Shown here: positions 10,523 through 23,974 of the stretch, one piece after another
Position numbering within the stretch: the stretch's first letter is position 1
Layout of the letters: each line of letters opens with the position of its first letter
Origin: Okamejei kenojei
Lineage: Eukaryota
Length of the DNA stretch: 64,000 bases
NCBI GenBank assembly: GCA_035221665.1
Contig: CM069147.1
Span: 19,964,001-20,028,000 of the forward strand
Direction: 5' to 3'
Notes under the pieces: generated by a model
The model's input: the letters and a program-made list of their open reading frames with translations, nothing else
The model's database searches: none
Told to the model about the DNA's origin: nothing
Program-made: the position numbers and the translations under genes

Positions 10523-11333
10523 ATAGAAACATAGAAAATAGGTGCAGGGGGAGGCCATTCGGCCCTTCGAGCCAGCACCGCCATTCATTGTGATCATGGC
10601 TGATCGTCCCCAATCAATAACCCGTGCCTTGCCTTCTCCCCATATCCCTAGATTCCCTAGAGCTCTATCTAACTCTCTCTTAAATCCATTCAGTGATTTG
10701 GTCTCCACTGCCCTCTGTGGCAGGGAATTCCACAAATGCACAACTCTCTGGGTGAAAACGTTTTTTCTCAACTCAGTCTTAAATGGGCTCCCCTTTATTC
10801 TAAGGCTGTGGCCCCTGGTTCTGGACTCGCCCAACATTGGGAAGATTTTTCCTGCATCTAGCTTGTCCAGTCCTTTTATCATTGTATATGTTTCTATAAG
10901 ATCTCCCCTCATCCTTCTGAACTCCAGTGAATACAAGCCTAGTCTTTTCAATCTTTCCTCATACAACAGTCCCGCCATCCCAAGGATCAATCTCGTGAAC
11001 CTACGCTGCACTGCCTCAATCACAAGGATGTCCTTCCTCAAATTAGGAGACCAAAACTGTACACAATACTCCAGATGTGGTCTTATCAGAGCCCTATACA
11101 ACTGCAGAAGAACCTCTTTACTCCTATACTGAAATCCTCTTGTTATGAAGGCCAACATTCCATTAGCTTTCTTCACTGCCTGCTGTACCTGCACGCCAAA
11201 TTTCAGTGACAGGTGTACAAGGACACCCAGGTCTCGCTGCACCTCCCCCTTACCTAACCTAACCCCATTAAGATAATAATCTGCCCCCTTGTTTTTGCCG
11301 CCAAAGTGGATAACCTCGAATTTATCTATATTA
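10523..11333 (-). mobile_element. CR1 LINE 3' fragment in GINS3 intron 1
   Basis: ORF 10427-11242 is the CR1 RT C-terminus; (TTTCTATG)n tail. Confidence 0.92.
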
Positions 11334-11459
11334 TAGATTATTTTATATTTTAATATAGATAAACTATCTCACTATTATGAATAGCGTCATGCAACTGAAA
11401 TAGACCATTCAGCCCACCATACGTGTGTAGTACCAACAATTATCGTACAATTTGTCTGA

Positions 11460-12065
11460 GGAAATGTCCCGATCAAATAATGATGAGATGGAGTACAGGA
11501 AGAAGATTGAGAACCTCGTGTCCTGGTGTCAAGACACCAACCTTTCTCTCAATGTCAGCAAGACGAAGGAGATAGTGATCGACTTCAAGAAGCGAAGGGG
11601 TACACATACCCCATTTTGCATTGACGGTGCCGAAGTAGAGATGGTTGAAAATTTCAAACGCTTAGGAGTCAATATCACCAACAACTTCTCCTGGACCACC
11701 CATATTGAAGCAATGACGAAGAAAGAACACCAACGCCTCCACTTCCTTGGAGGGCTTAGGAAGTTTGGCATGTCCCCTACAACTCTCACCAACTTCTACA
11801 GATGCACCCTAGAAAGCACTTTATCATTTTGCTTCACAGCTTGGTGTGGGAACTGCTCCATCCAATACCGCAAGAAATTGCAGCAAATTGTAGACACAGC
11901 CCACACCAGCGCACAAGCAACCTCCCTTCTATTGACTCAATTTATACCTCATGCTGTCTCGGCATAGCCAGCAACATAATCAATGATTCTCTCTGCCATC
12001 AGGCAAAAGGTATCGGTGTGAAAACATCCCCCATCAGATTCAGGGTCCGTTTCTTTCCAGCAGAC
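11460..12065 (+). mobile_element. Rex1/Babar-type LINE RT C-terminal fragment
   Basis: WCQDTNLSLNVSKTKEIVIDF...QRLHFL..LRKFG...FYRCTLES..TAW.GNC is typical of Rex1/Babar ORFs. Confidence 0.8.
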
Positions 12066-12069
12066 AAAT

Positions 12070-12405
12070 TGGGAGTATAAAGATGGAGTTAAAGTGGAAG
12101 TGAGTACAGGAAAAGTTACAAAAGATTCCCGAATTAATGGGAAGGAAAGTTTGAGAAGGGATAAGAGAATAAGGTTAGGGCCAATAGTGGTGGTATACAC
12201 TATTGTCAATATACAACACTTTACACAATATACAACACAAGTGTCAATATACAACACTTTAACTTCCATATTCACCTCCTCAGAGAAGTATAAGAAATAA
12301 AGTGGATGAGCTTGAGGCTCAGTTAGAAATTGTCAAGTATGATGTTGTGGGAATTACAGAGACATGGCTGCAAGAGGACCAGGGCTGGGAACTGAATATT
12401 CAAGT
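12070..12405 (+). mobile_element. CR1 fragment (start of APE endonuclease)
   Basis: Reads NKVDEL..YDVVGITETWLQEDQGWELNIQ. Confidence 0.7.
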
Positions 12406-12940
12406 GAGTACAGGAAATTTTTATTACTGAATATTTTTAGCAGGATTTTTTTTGCCATCCATAGCACAATGTTGTAATGAAAAAAATATTATTCCTTGAT
12501 GAAAATGTAATTTAAATCCAATGGAAACTTTGATTTCGAATTCCCATTCTCATCTCTTGTGTAGGAGGGTTCTAGACTGACATTTCAGTGCGATGCTGTC
12601 AAAGACTTTATATTTTGATTAAAATATTAAAGACCGTCCCATTGATGCATTTGAACATTCATAGCAATAGTTTAATAAGGACAAGCAAGTTCCAATGTTC
12701 TTCCATAAATCCAATACTAGTTGTGTGGATTATCAGGTAAATTATCCCCTACTTGTGGGACCAAGCAGGTGCCGTGTTTATCCATGTTCCAACATTTATA
12801 TTTCCAAAGTTTCCTCATTGGTAATGAAGAACTTTGGAATACGCTAAGGATGTAATTTCTGTTTTGCCAAGAATTACCAGCTGCACTTTATTTTGGATTG
12901 AGTTATCTTTTTTTCAGTAAATTTATTTTTGTTTTAACAG

Positions 12941-13174
12941 GGTACAAAAATGGAACTGCCTCTTTGGATGGCCAAAGGGTTGTGTGACCCCAAGCGTCGC
13001 ATTGTGTCTGCCAACACTCCAAAAGTGTATAGAGGTGGTTGGCGGACTATTTTCGGTGCTGATGCAAAGGTTGTTGACTTGCACAAAATGGGGCCATATT
13101 ACTATGGGTTTGGAACACAGCTGCTGCATTTCAACAATCCTGAGAATACAGAGATTGCACAAACTATCCTACAG
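12941..13174 (+). CDS. GINS3: GINS3 coding exon 2
   Basis: Acceptor TTTTAACAG/; GTKMELPLWMAKGL...VVDLHKMGPYYYGFGTQLLHF...ILQ; donor CAG/GTAAGT; 234 nt. Confidence 0.97.
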
Positions 13175-13404
13175 GTAAGTATTCTGTTTTGCTACATTTC
13201 TGGGTGTCTGGGCTGCATAACCAGCTGATTGTTTCCAGCATTTTAATAATGCTTGTATGGATGTAACTGATACAGAACAGGACTACCATTCTATTTATGT
13301 AACTTTCCAGGGATGCAAAATTGTGCTGCCATTCTTTTCAGTTGTGTGTTCATAGTTTCCTGAGTTTTAGAGCCAAATGCACCTGAACATGCTGTTTCAC
13401 AGGT

Positions 13405-13832
13405 TGGCACAATGGTTCCACGGTAGAGTTGCTGCCTGACAGCACCAGAGACATGGGTTCAACCCAGACTACTGGTGCTGTCTGTATGGAGTTTGTATGT
13501 TCTCCCTGTGACTGTGTGGGTTTGTTCCAGGTGCTCCGGTTTCTTCCCACACTCAAGACTTGCAGGTTTGATGGTTAACTGGCTTCGGTCCACCGAGTCC
13601 TTGCTAACCAGAGATCACCTGTACACTAGTTCTATCCTACACACTAGAGACAATTTACAGAAGCCTACAAACCTACACATCTTTGGAATGTGGGAGGAAA
13701 CTGGAGCACCAGGATAAAACCCATGCGGTCACAGGGGAAACGTAGAAACTCTGTACAGTACTCCTGGTCAGGATCAAACATGGTTCTCTGGCACTGTAAT
13801 GCAGCAACTCTACCATTGTGCCACTGTGCAGC
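13405..13832. mobile_element. Tail-to-tail pair of tRNA-derived V-SINEs (HE1-like) in GINS3 intron 2
   Basis: + copy has a tRNA-like head and V-domain GGAGTTTGTATGTTCTCCCTGTGACT..GGTGCTCCGGTTTCTTCCCACA; the inverted copy occupies ~13590-13832. Confidence 0.8.
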
Positions 13833-14231
13833 CCCAATTTTAAATCAAAGCATAACTGAGCATTGCTGCTAAAAATAACAACCTATTGCTCCTTGTAAGT
13901 TGTAGTAGGTATGAATACCACTTAGTAGGATGAGTGCAACTTGCTATATATATCATGAACAAAGATTTCTAGTTGACTAATTTTGAGTAAAGTAAATTAT
14001 AGAATATGTGATATTAATAATAGTTGGTCTATTGCTTTTCAGAATGACCTAAGTGCAGGTAATGCATGTTATATGTGCAAAAACAATACAATTATAATAG
14101 TGCAGTCTCTTGATGTGATTAATATGGAAATTAGCTTTTTTTCCACTTTGGATGGAATTTATAGTATCGCTATATGTAGCTATTGAAATGTACTGCTTTA
14201 CAAACTCTGACTCGCATTGTTCTTGGCACAG

Positions 14232-14462
14232 ACATTCGTAAATCGGTTCCGTTGGATCATGGATTCCTCACAAAATGCATACAACAAAGACATTTCAACA
14301 CTGGTGGCTCATCTGGACGAACTGGAGCGGGATTTGTTCCGTGCTGGTCAAAAGGGATTGAATGACTTCCAAAAGTGGGAGAAGGGGCAAGCTGTCCAAA
14401 TCACTACCTCCAGCTTGGTTCAGAGCTATGGCAAAAGGAAGTATTCAGATATGGAAGCCTAA
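14232..14462 (+). CDS. GINS3: GINS3 coding exon 3 (terminal)
   Basis: Acceptor GCACAG/; TFVNRFRWIMDSSQNAYNKD...GQKGLNDFQKWEKGQ...KRKYSDMEA*; total protein 211 aa. Confidence 0.97.
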   Translation, partial: TFVNRFRWIMDSSQNAYNKDISTLVAHLDELERDLFRAGQKGLNDFQKWEKGQAVQITTSSLVQSYGKRKYSDMEA

Positions 14463-14603
14463 CATTACTGTAAAGCTGGTCATAGACATGATAAAGTAAA
14501 TAATATGAAGATTCCTCTCCAATATATGTGAATTTCCTTAAATAATTGTGCATAAGTTGTGACGGTTATTCAGTGATCAAAGCAAAAGTAGACATTGCAA
14601 TGA

Positions 14604-14609
14604 AATAAA
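14604..14609 (+). promoter_or_regulatory. Candidate GINS3 polyadenylation signal
   Basis: First AATAAA seen, ~140 nt after the stop; the UTR may extend further through repeat-poor sequence to ~16.9 kb. Confidence 0.4.
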
Positions 14610-16944
14610 GCAGAATTTTATTGATGGAGTGATTCCACGGGTACGTGTTCACCACCCACCTTCCATGCACACTATGCTACTTATGAAGTCAAATATTTTT
14701 ACCACAATTTAATTACTTAACTTCGATGGAGTTTTAGATTTTTTTTGTCACGGGTCTATCTCCTTTCAATTTGATCCCTGTTGACATTCAATATGCAATC
14801 CCTGAAGCAATAGCTTGTTTAAAAACAAACTAAATTCCTAATACTTTCGATGTCGAATTTCTAAATTTGCAAGTTTGAAGCCAGAGTTGGAAGTGTTTGG
14901 TGTAGGTTAGTGCTTGATACACAGTGCAATACAGGGGTTTTCTTGTTTAGACCTTTAACGAAGGCTGCACTAATATTGAATCATTGTTTTCGCACTTCCT
15001 GAAAACTGGAATTTTCTGCCTTTTGGATTGGTTATTTGAATTTGACCAATGCTCGCCTTTTTAATTTTGTGTTTTTAATTTGGAAATTCTTCAGTTTAGA
15101 TAGGTGACTGGACTAGCTCCAGTATTTTTCTATTTTAATTTGCCTTTGTTTTGGTTTTTGGTGTAGTTTACCTACATTTGCTCCTCCACTTTCAGTGGGC
15201 AGTACCAAAACTTGCTCTGAACTAGAAAAAACTTGTACATGGCAATTGGAACATGCCTTAAGATGTTGCAGTGCCTCTCCTGCTACTGGTGGGGGCATGA
15301 GAGGTGCAGCTTGTAATGTCATTCAATAGTAACAATACATGACCATGAGATTTAAATTCTAAATCACCATTTATTCCTCTGGATATTTTTATCTTAAAGT
15401 ATAGTTGTACAAGTCCTTTGGGTTTCCGTTACCACCCAGTGGAAAGTAGATTGTCATCTAAATCACTTAATTTATATAACTTGTTTCACGTTGATGGGTG
15501 GGTACATTTTACAGTAACATTTGTGGGCTTCTGATGATTTTTTTTTTAAAAGGTAAAAGATATGCAAAAGTGTGTCAAAATATTGATTATGCAATCCTCA
15601 TCTAAATATATTTAGCTTTTAACATGTATGTACTGCCTGCTGTGCCACAGAGCTGTAAGTATACCATCTGCTAATATTTTAATAACTGAACTTTTGAATT
15701 TCAATTTTGTTTTGATTTTGTATCTTTATGCTGTTTCTGTGGTTTTTACATTACAACGTTTTGTATAAATTGTCACTGATTTTAGTGCTGTCACTATTTT
15801 TATGAATAGAGCTATGTAACTGAAAGACCATTCAGCCCCCCCCCCCCTCCCCCCCCAATACCTGTTCGATTCCTTGGAAAAAGGGACCAAGTAATCTGAC
15901 TGCTCATCTCTTCAGCATTATAATGTGTTTTTTTTAACCTTGGCAAGTGTGCATATTTCTCATTTTGAAATATGTTATTGGAACGTTCTCCAAATATTTT
16001 CAGATGAAGAAATTCTAAATTATAATAATTAATTGGTTTAAAAATATTTATCATCGTCATTCACCATTTTCTCCGCATTTGCATAAGCAATTTTGGCAGC
16101 CGCAGACCAAGGATTCCTATTGATTTCTGACTAAAGTACTTCTTGGAGATGAATTGCTGAATCACCATAAACATCAGGTTCTGTACTTGAATCTTCTTTT
16201 GATGAGCTGTAAGAATTGTGTGTTTGAATAATCTTGTCCTACTTCTTAATAGTTGTAGACCCTTGGCACAAAACTCCTCTAACATTTTAATCTTGCTAAG
16301 AGATCACTCCATAATCAATGTCTTGTGCAGGGAAATGTTGCAATAGTTTTAAATTATGCACATCTGAAACTGGATCAAAATTGAAGAACAGAGGATTTTT
16401 TTCATTACACCCAATTGTTGTATACAAATGGGTATAATTTGTGGACACAGAAGCAGGATATTCTACTTATCCAAACACCATCATTATAATGGAAGCTCTA
16501 CATGCTGCTTTGGCCTTTGCCATATTTCTGTGCATCAGAATTTCTGTGGGGTTTGAATTACTAGGATGTTGTGCCAAAGCAGAGGTTTTAAGGTAATTTT
16601 AAATGAAATGTATTTAAAAACAGCTCTGATTTTGAGGCTGCTATTAAACACCTGCTGCCCTGCCATACTCAATGCTGGATGCTAGGAAACAGCACTGTAT
16701 TTTGTCATCCAGAACTTTATGCAGAATGTAGAAAAAAAATCTAGGTCGTGTCGTGTGAAATACAACATCCTCTATGCACTAACTTTTTTTTTCAGTTTGA
16801 AAAGCAAAAATGTTTCTCGAACAATGTTGCTTCTTAATCATATTGAGAAAGGTGAAGATTTTCACTGTTTCACTGCAGCCTCCATGTTTTTCTAAAATAA
16901 GCAATTAAAGCAAACTAAATGATCGACATTCACTGGAGTAACCA

Positions 16945-17295
16945 CGGTTGTTGGAGAGAGGTTTCTGTTGAGATTAACCATGAAAGCACGTCCTTTTGCA
17001 TACCAACCATCGATCACCCGTTTATACTAGTTCAATGTTATACCACTTTCTCATCCACTCCCCACACACTCGGGGAGTGGATGAGAATTTACAGAGGTGG
17101 GGAGAATTTATAGAGCCCAATTAACGTACAAATCTGCGTGTCTTTGGGAAGTGTGAGGAAACAAAGTACCTGGAAGAATTCTACCTGGTCACAGGGAGAA
17201 TGTGCAAACTCCACATAGACAGCACCAGAGGTCAGGATTGAAGCCGGGTCACTGGCACTGTGAGGCAGCTTGTTTATCAGCAGTGCCCAGTGCCC
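16945..17295 (-). mobile_element. V-SINE copy
   Basis: GGTCACAGGGAGAATGTGCAAACTCCACATAGACAGCACC is the reverse complement of the V-domain. Confidence 0.75.
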
Positions 17296-18571
17296 TTTGC
17301 ACCATCATAAGTTGATTAAAAAGTTTTTTTGTAAACTGATGAAGAATGTGATGATACACAACAATATCTTGTGTTTTTATTCTCCTTTGCACTTGTCCTA
17401 AAAACCTTTAGTTTTCTTCAGACCTCCCCTTTTAATTTCATTCTTGGGTATTTTGAAAGTTATGATAGATCTTTGCGAAAAGGCGTTTCATTAAAAAGCC
17501 ATGGGGAAGGGGGGTATGGGGTGGGTAGGGGGGTGAGGAGGGGTGGGGAAGGGGGTTGTGCGGGCGAGGTTGTGTGGGGAATGGTGGGTGTGGGTGAGGG
17601 GGTTGTTTGGGAAGGTGGGGTATGGGGGAGGGTGTGTGTGGGGAAGGGGGTGTGGGGGAGGGTCTGTGTGGGGAAGAAGAGGTGGGGGAAGGGGGGTGGT
17701 CGCTGCAGATGCAGCTTGCACTCTGCTCACCTCGCACCTTCAGCTTTCCGCCTCATGCAGCAGATCCATGTCCCACTCCGACTTCACTCGGAGGCTTCCG
17801 GTTTAACTTAACATTTCCTGGCTCGTTGTGCTGGTTGCCGCAGAAGCTGCCCGCACGGCTTGTGGACTCAATCAGCCCGGCTCATGAACTCAGCCCTGCC
17901 TCCGGTGGCTTTTTCTCCTCGCCCCAGTGATTGGTAGCGGGTGCCTATAAAACCGTCATAACATTTGTAATTTCCACCGATCGGAACAAAACTTGGTGCG
18001 CTTGGAGCATAGGAGAACGGTGAGTAAGGTGGCGAAAAAATCCTAGCGATGTCGGGAATACCACCCATGGTAGACTTCCTCTTCACCTACCGACTTGCCA
18101 ACATTCCACCTATTCCAACCTCCACCATTGAAGAATTGTTGCTCCATTGTCTTTTTACAGTTGAGCAAGCTATTTACACTGGCATAGTGGAGATTCTTTA
18201 CTAGTGCTGAATAAATATCTGGGTAGAGAACCATTGAAACTTCTGTGAAGTAAATTAATGGGCTCTATTAGATTTGACAGGCAGAATAGATAAGTTTTTT
18301 TTCTTATCTATTCTGCCTGGTCTTCCCATTTTATAGTCCTGTGTGTATTCCATTCCTTCCTCTTTTCTGCATTGTCTGCTTTTATTTGTCATTTATCCTA
18401 TTGTGTTGCTTGTACCCTAACCCCATCTTACTTATATTCTTCTGTCTTAATTTCCCCCTCTGTTCCCATTATTGCTTCTTCCATCTTTTTTGTCTCTCCT
18501 TCCATTTGTGACATTGGTATTTTGTACAATTTTCTCTGTGGCGTTGGCCTAGAAGATGCCCGAGGCATTAG

Positions 18572-19268
18572 AACAAGAACATAGAAAATATGTTCAGGAG
18601 GAGGCCATTTGGCCCTTTGAGCATGCACCGCCATTCATTGTGATCATGGCTGATCATCCACAATCAGTAACTCGTGCCTGCCTTCCTCCATATCCCTTGA
18701 TTCCGCTAGCCCCTAGATCCCAATCGAACTCCCTTAATTTCATCCAGTGAATTGGCCTCTACTGCTTTCTGTGGCAGAGAATTCCACAAATTCACAACTC
18801 TGGGTGAAAATGTTTTTTCTCATATCAGTTTTAAATGGCCTCTCCTTTATTCTTAGACTGGTTCTGGAGTCCCCCAACATTGGGAACATTTTCCTTACAT
18901 CTATCTTGTCCAGTCCTTTTATAATATTATGTGTTTCTATAAGATACCCTCTCAGTAAACAATAGACAAATAGGTGCAGGTGTAGGCCATTTGGCCTTTC
19001 GAGCCAGCACCGCCATTCGATGCGACCATGGCTGATCATCCACAATGTGTACCCCGTTCCTGCCTTCTCCCCATATCCCCTGACTCTGCTATTTTTAAGA
19101 GCCCTATCTAGCTCTTCAAAGTATCCGGAGAACTGGCCTCCACCGCCCTCTGAGGCAAAGAATTCCACACTCACGACTCTGAAAAAGTGTGAAAAAGTAT
19201 TTCCTCATCTCCGTTCCAAATGGCTTTCCCCTTATTCTTAAACTGGCCCCTGGTTCTGGACTCCCAAA
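18572..19268 (-). mobile_element. Stacked CR1 3'-end fragments (two subfamilies)
   Basis: Two CR1 tails at ~18580 and ~18960, each followed by the CR1 3' region. Confidence 0.85.
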
Positions 19269-19269
19269 A

Positions 19270-20220
19270 CAGGCCCGTATGAAGTTTTTCAAAAAGGGGG
19301 GTGGCATGACAGGATTACAAAGGGGAGAGATAGCGAGAGAGGAGGGGGGAAGGGGGGGAGAGAGAGAGAGGGGGGAAGGGGAGAGAGGGGGGGGGGGGGG
19401 AGAGAGAGGGGGGGGGGGGAGAGAGAGGGGGGGAGGGGGAGAGAAGGAAGGAGAGAGAGGGGGGGAGGGCAGGGGAGAAAAGGGGGGAGAGAGATAGAGG
19501 GGGAAGAGAGATAGGAGAAAGGGAAAGAGAGTGAGAGAAAAGGGGGGTGGGAGGGGGATGGTGTGAGTGATGGGGGAGGGATGGGAGATGGGGTAGGGGG
19601 AAGAGTGGGGAGGGGTAGGGTCAGTCCATCTATTCCCCACTCCCTATCACCCCCACTCCTCTCCCTCTATTCCCATACTTGTGATCACGCGTTTTGACAC
19701 AGGCGGTAGATGGGGAGAGAGGTGAGGAGAGAGGGGGGAGGCAGGGGGCGAGGGAGATAGCTGGAGGGGGGAAGGGAGACAGAGGAAGATGGGGGAGGGG
19801 AGGAAAGTGGAGAGGGGGAGATGGAGAGGAGTATGAGAGAGGGATGAGGAGAGAGGGGTGAGGGGAATAAGGAATGTGGAGACGGGCGAGGAGACGGAGC
19901 GAAGAGAGGTATGAGTAGAGAGGGGTGATCACGCGCTTTGACACATGCTGCGGGGCTGGGGCTGGAGCAAAGGCATATTAAATGATTCCATTGCGATTGG
20001 CCATCTGTGAGGGATGGCCTTGTGACATCACACGATGGAACGTTAGTCAACATTCTATGGGTGAGAAGCTGTTTGATTTTTTTAACTATTTGAAATTTTT
20101 ATGTTTTTTACCGAAAAAGCAGTGAAAGGATGAACCAAATGTTATAATTTTCAAAACAAAATGTGGAGGAGGAAAAACTCAACAGGAACATGTAAAAACG
20201 TATCCGTTACGGCAAGAGAG
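19270..20220. repeat. GA-rich low-complexity tract within a probable non-autonomous element
   Basis: (G/A)n tracts; repeated GTGATCACGCG(C/T)TTTGACAC at ~19681 and ~19925. Confidence 0.6.
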
Positions 20221-20227
20221 GCAGAAA

Positions 20228-20453
20228 GAAAATGAGAAGAAGATTTTTACCAAAGATGTTTGATTTTTACGGGGATGTTTCCGTAACCGGCTTCTGTCTC
20301 CGCACTAGTATCTTTGCTCCGCTATGGCGGACAAAGATGGTGGAGAAGGAAGCTGGTTACGGAAATAGGGCCAAAATTTACCCATGAATCTGCCCGTGAC
20401 CGTACTATGTATTTTTCGTCGAGTGGACTATCTTGCTCGCTATAGGATCTTTG
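20228..20453. mobile_element. P-type MITE fragment with CAAAGAT.. termini
   Basis: Terminus ...GCTATAGGATCTTTG (20453); second terminus-like CTAGTATCTTTG (20316); internal 17-bp inverted repeat 20278-20294/20349-20365. Confidence 0.55.
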
Positions 20454-20974
20454 GCCCCGCCATCCTAGGGATTAACCTTGTGAACCTATGCTGCAATGCC
20501 TCAATAGCAAGGATGTCCTTGAGGACATTCCAGTCAATGCACTTCATTTGGATGGAATTGTTCTCATTGTAAAATGCAGGGAAATCTATTTCCATCTCGT
20601 TAATTAGCTTTGACATGTTCTTTTGGTTTAATGTAGAAAATTGACTTTGATTGCATGGTTGCTTTCTAAATACAGGTCCTTTAGTTTCAAGCACAAGGCA
20701 AATGCACAACTTTCTTGATTTTCTGACTAACGTAATTTTCAATTTCTCACTGATATCCCATCAATAATAAATGTGTTTTTCTCTTTGGGACATTAATGCA
20801 CAAAATCAAGGGTGAACTAGGTCAGATAATATCCTTTGGCAGAGTTGTCATATGGAGTACCCAAAATATATATCATACGCCCCATGTTAGTATCAACCAT
20901 AATTTCTCAGCTGCATGAGATATTAAGACAGGAATTTAGTTAGAAATCATTGTTTGAAGAGTGACTTGTTAAAG

Positions 20975-21660
20975 GGCAAAAAGTATAGGAAGGGATCTGT
21001 CCGGCTGTCATCTGCATCGATCATGGTACTCGTGCTATTCACGTCACGGCAGTCCCTGGCTAATACAATGACATAGTCAATGAGATGCCACTGTTTGGAG
21101 CGTGGGTCTCTCCAAGATGCCTTAAGTTTTTTTCTGGCGAAAGCGGGTGTTAGTGATGATGATGTCGTGCTGAGCACATTTGCTGAGAAGCAGAGCTCCA
21201 TTGGAGTTGATGTTCCCGATGCCTTCCTTTCCTATGGTACCCTTCCAGAGCTGTTGGTCCTGGCCGACCCTGGCGTTAAAGTCTCCTAGGAGAATAATCT
21301 TATTCTCCCTGGGGATTTTAGACAGTGTCCAAAAGATAGCAGGCATAGGTCTCTTTTTCTTCCTCTTCAGAGGCTAAAGTAGGGGCATAGGGACTCACAA
21401 CTGTTGCCATCTGGTTGTTGGCAAGCACCAGACAGATGGTCATGAGACGCTCACTGATTCCCACAGGAAGTTCGGAGAGGTGGCTGATGAGCTGGTTCCT
21501 GATGGCAAACCCAACATGGATCCTGGGCTCATCAGCAGCTTTTCCTTTCCAGAAGAAAGTGTAGCCACCCTTCTCTTAGTTCAGTTTTTTTTTCGTCTGC
21601 TGGCCGGGTTTTAGAAAGGGCAGCTATGTCAATACGACATCTTCTCAGTTCTCATGCGAT
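20975..21660 (-). mobile_element. RTE-clade LINE endonuclease fragment
   Basis: [37 protein letters not shown] motifs. Confidence 0.85.
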
Positions 21661-23974
21661 GGGAAAAAAAGTGTGGTGGGATCTTGTACTGTTTATTATG
21701 ACTGTATACATTTTATTGGAAACTACATTTTAGATTCAAGACAACAAAACCCTGAATCGCACAGCAAATTTTGCATGTGGTAACTCTCTACTTGATCTAC
21801 TGAAGCAAATGCTCTGGAAGTGCTTTTCCTTTGCTCTCATCTTTCATCTCAAATTAGAGGGGATCACAAGGGAAAGGTGAGAGAATATGGGCGAGTGACG
21901 AGTCCTTGCTCTCGTTCCCCTCCGCCCCCAACAGAACGAATTCCAGGTCCGCCACAACGTAGAGCTTTTCTTCCGTCGCCTCTGCCTCTGTGCCTTTTTT
22001 CATGGGAAGGAGTCCTCGCCACCCAGTGATGACCCCGTCTCCACCGGTTCCCCTCCTCTTGGACTTCCCAGAACAGCCTTCTACTCTCTCTAGACCTCTT
22101 TATTGCTAATTGCCAGCATGGCGTCAACTGTCTCAACTTTTCCATTCCCCTTATCTACTCCAACCTCACCCCTTCTGAAAGTAGAGTCCTCCTCTCACTC
22201 TGCAGCAACCTTGACATAATCAAACCCGCCGACAAGGGGGGTGCCATGGTGGTCTGGTGCGCTGACTGCTATCTGGCTGAGGCCACGTGACAACTCTCAT
22301 TCACCTCCTACTTATCCCTGGACCATGATCCCACAGATGAGCATCAGGCCTTATCTCAAGCACTATTGCTGATTTCATCACTTCTGGCTGTCTACCTTCC
22401 ACAGCCTCCTAACCTTATCATTTCCCACCTCCGCACAGCCCGTCTTTAGCTTCTCCCACAAACACAACTGCCCTGGCAGACCCATTGTTTCTGCCTGCCT
22501 CAGTCCCACGGAAATGATTTCCACATACCTTGACTCCATCCTATCCCCCCTGGCCCAATCTCTCCCGACCTATGTCCAAGATATCTCACATGCCCTTTGT
22601 CTCTGTAAAGACTTCCGCTTTCCGAGCCCCCACTCCCTCATCTTTACTATGGACGTTCAGTCACTCTGCACCTCCATCCCCCACCACGAAGACCTTAAAG
22701 CCCTCCGTTTCTTCCTCGACCGCAGAACCATCCGATTTCCATCTGCATACACTCTACCGCACCTAGGTCCTCACCCTCAGCAACTTCTCCTTTGACTCAT
22801 CCCACTTCCTCCAAGTCCAAGGTGTAGTTATCGGCACCCGCATGCCCCCCAGCTATGCCTGACTCTTTGTAGGATACGTTGAACTATCTCTGTTAAAGGC
22901 GTACACTGGCCCTCTCCCTGAACTCTATCTCCGTTACATTGATGACTGCATCGGTGCTACCTCCTGCACTCGTGCAGAACTCATGGACTTCTCCAATTTC
23001 ACCACTAATTTTCACCCTGCACTCATATTTACTTGGACCATCTCTGACACTTCCCACCCCATTCTTGATCTCACAGTCTCCATCACAAGAAATAGACTAT
23101 TGAATGACATTTTTTACAAACCACTGACTCCCACAACCATCTCAACTACATTTCTTCCCACATTGCTTACTGAAAAGACTCAATCCCCTACTCCGTCTAT
23201 GCCGCATCTGCACCCAAGATGAGGTGTTCCGTACTAGAACATCCGAGATGTCCTAATTCTTTAGGGAATGGGGGTTCCCCTCCCATCATAGATGATGCCC
23301 TCACTCATGTCTCCTCAATACCCTGCAGCTCTGCCCTTGCTCCCCCTCCCCCAAGTCGCAACAAAGGGTTCCCCCTAGTCCTTACCTTCCACCCTATCAG
23401 CCGTTGCATACAACACATAATCCAAAATTTCCACCACCTCCAATGGGATCCCACCACTAGCCACATTTTCCCAATTCCACCCCTTTATGCTTTCCGCAGA
23501 GACCACAACCCTGATTAACTCATCCCAAACCACCCCCTCCCCAGGTTCCTTCCCCTGCAACCACAGAAGTTGCAACACCTGTCCCTAAACCTCCTCCCTC
23601 AACTCTGTCCATTGACCCCGACGGTCCTTTGAGGTTAGGCAGAGGCAGGGCCGGATTTACATATAAGCTAGACAAGCTTAAGCATAGGGCCTCGAGATCT
23701 AGGGGGGCCTCTGCTCGCTCCACCAAGGTGTATAAAACATTTGAGATAGTGGCGTTGTTACAAGACCTACCATCAGTGGCGCTGTGCGATAATGGCATTG
23801 TTGCAAAACCTACCATCGGTGGCGCTGTGCTTGCGATTCCAGAGGCTTTGGTGGTGTGGGGGGGGAGGGCTTAAAATGCAGGTGAGGTATATATTCGTTG
23901 AGGTGAGGAATTTGCTCCACAGATCCTTGGATCATTGGGAGTGCAGGACAATGCAAATGGTAATGCGTGGTATC

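Noticed and set aside
18043-18234. 63-aa minus ORF (..FFNGGGWNRWNVGK..)
   Set aside because: No family recognised and no clear splice context; adjacent to repeat debris
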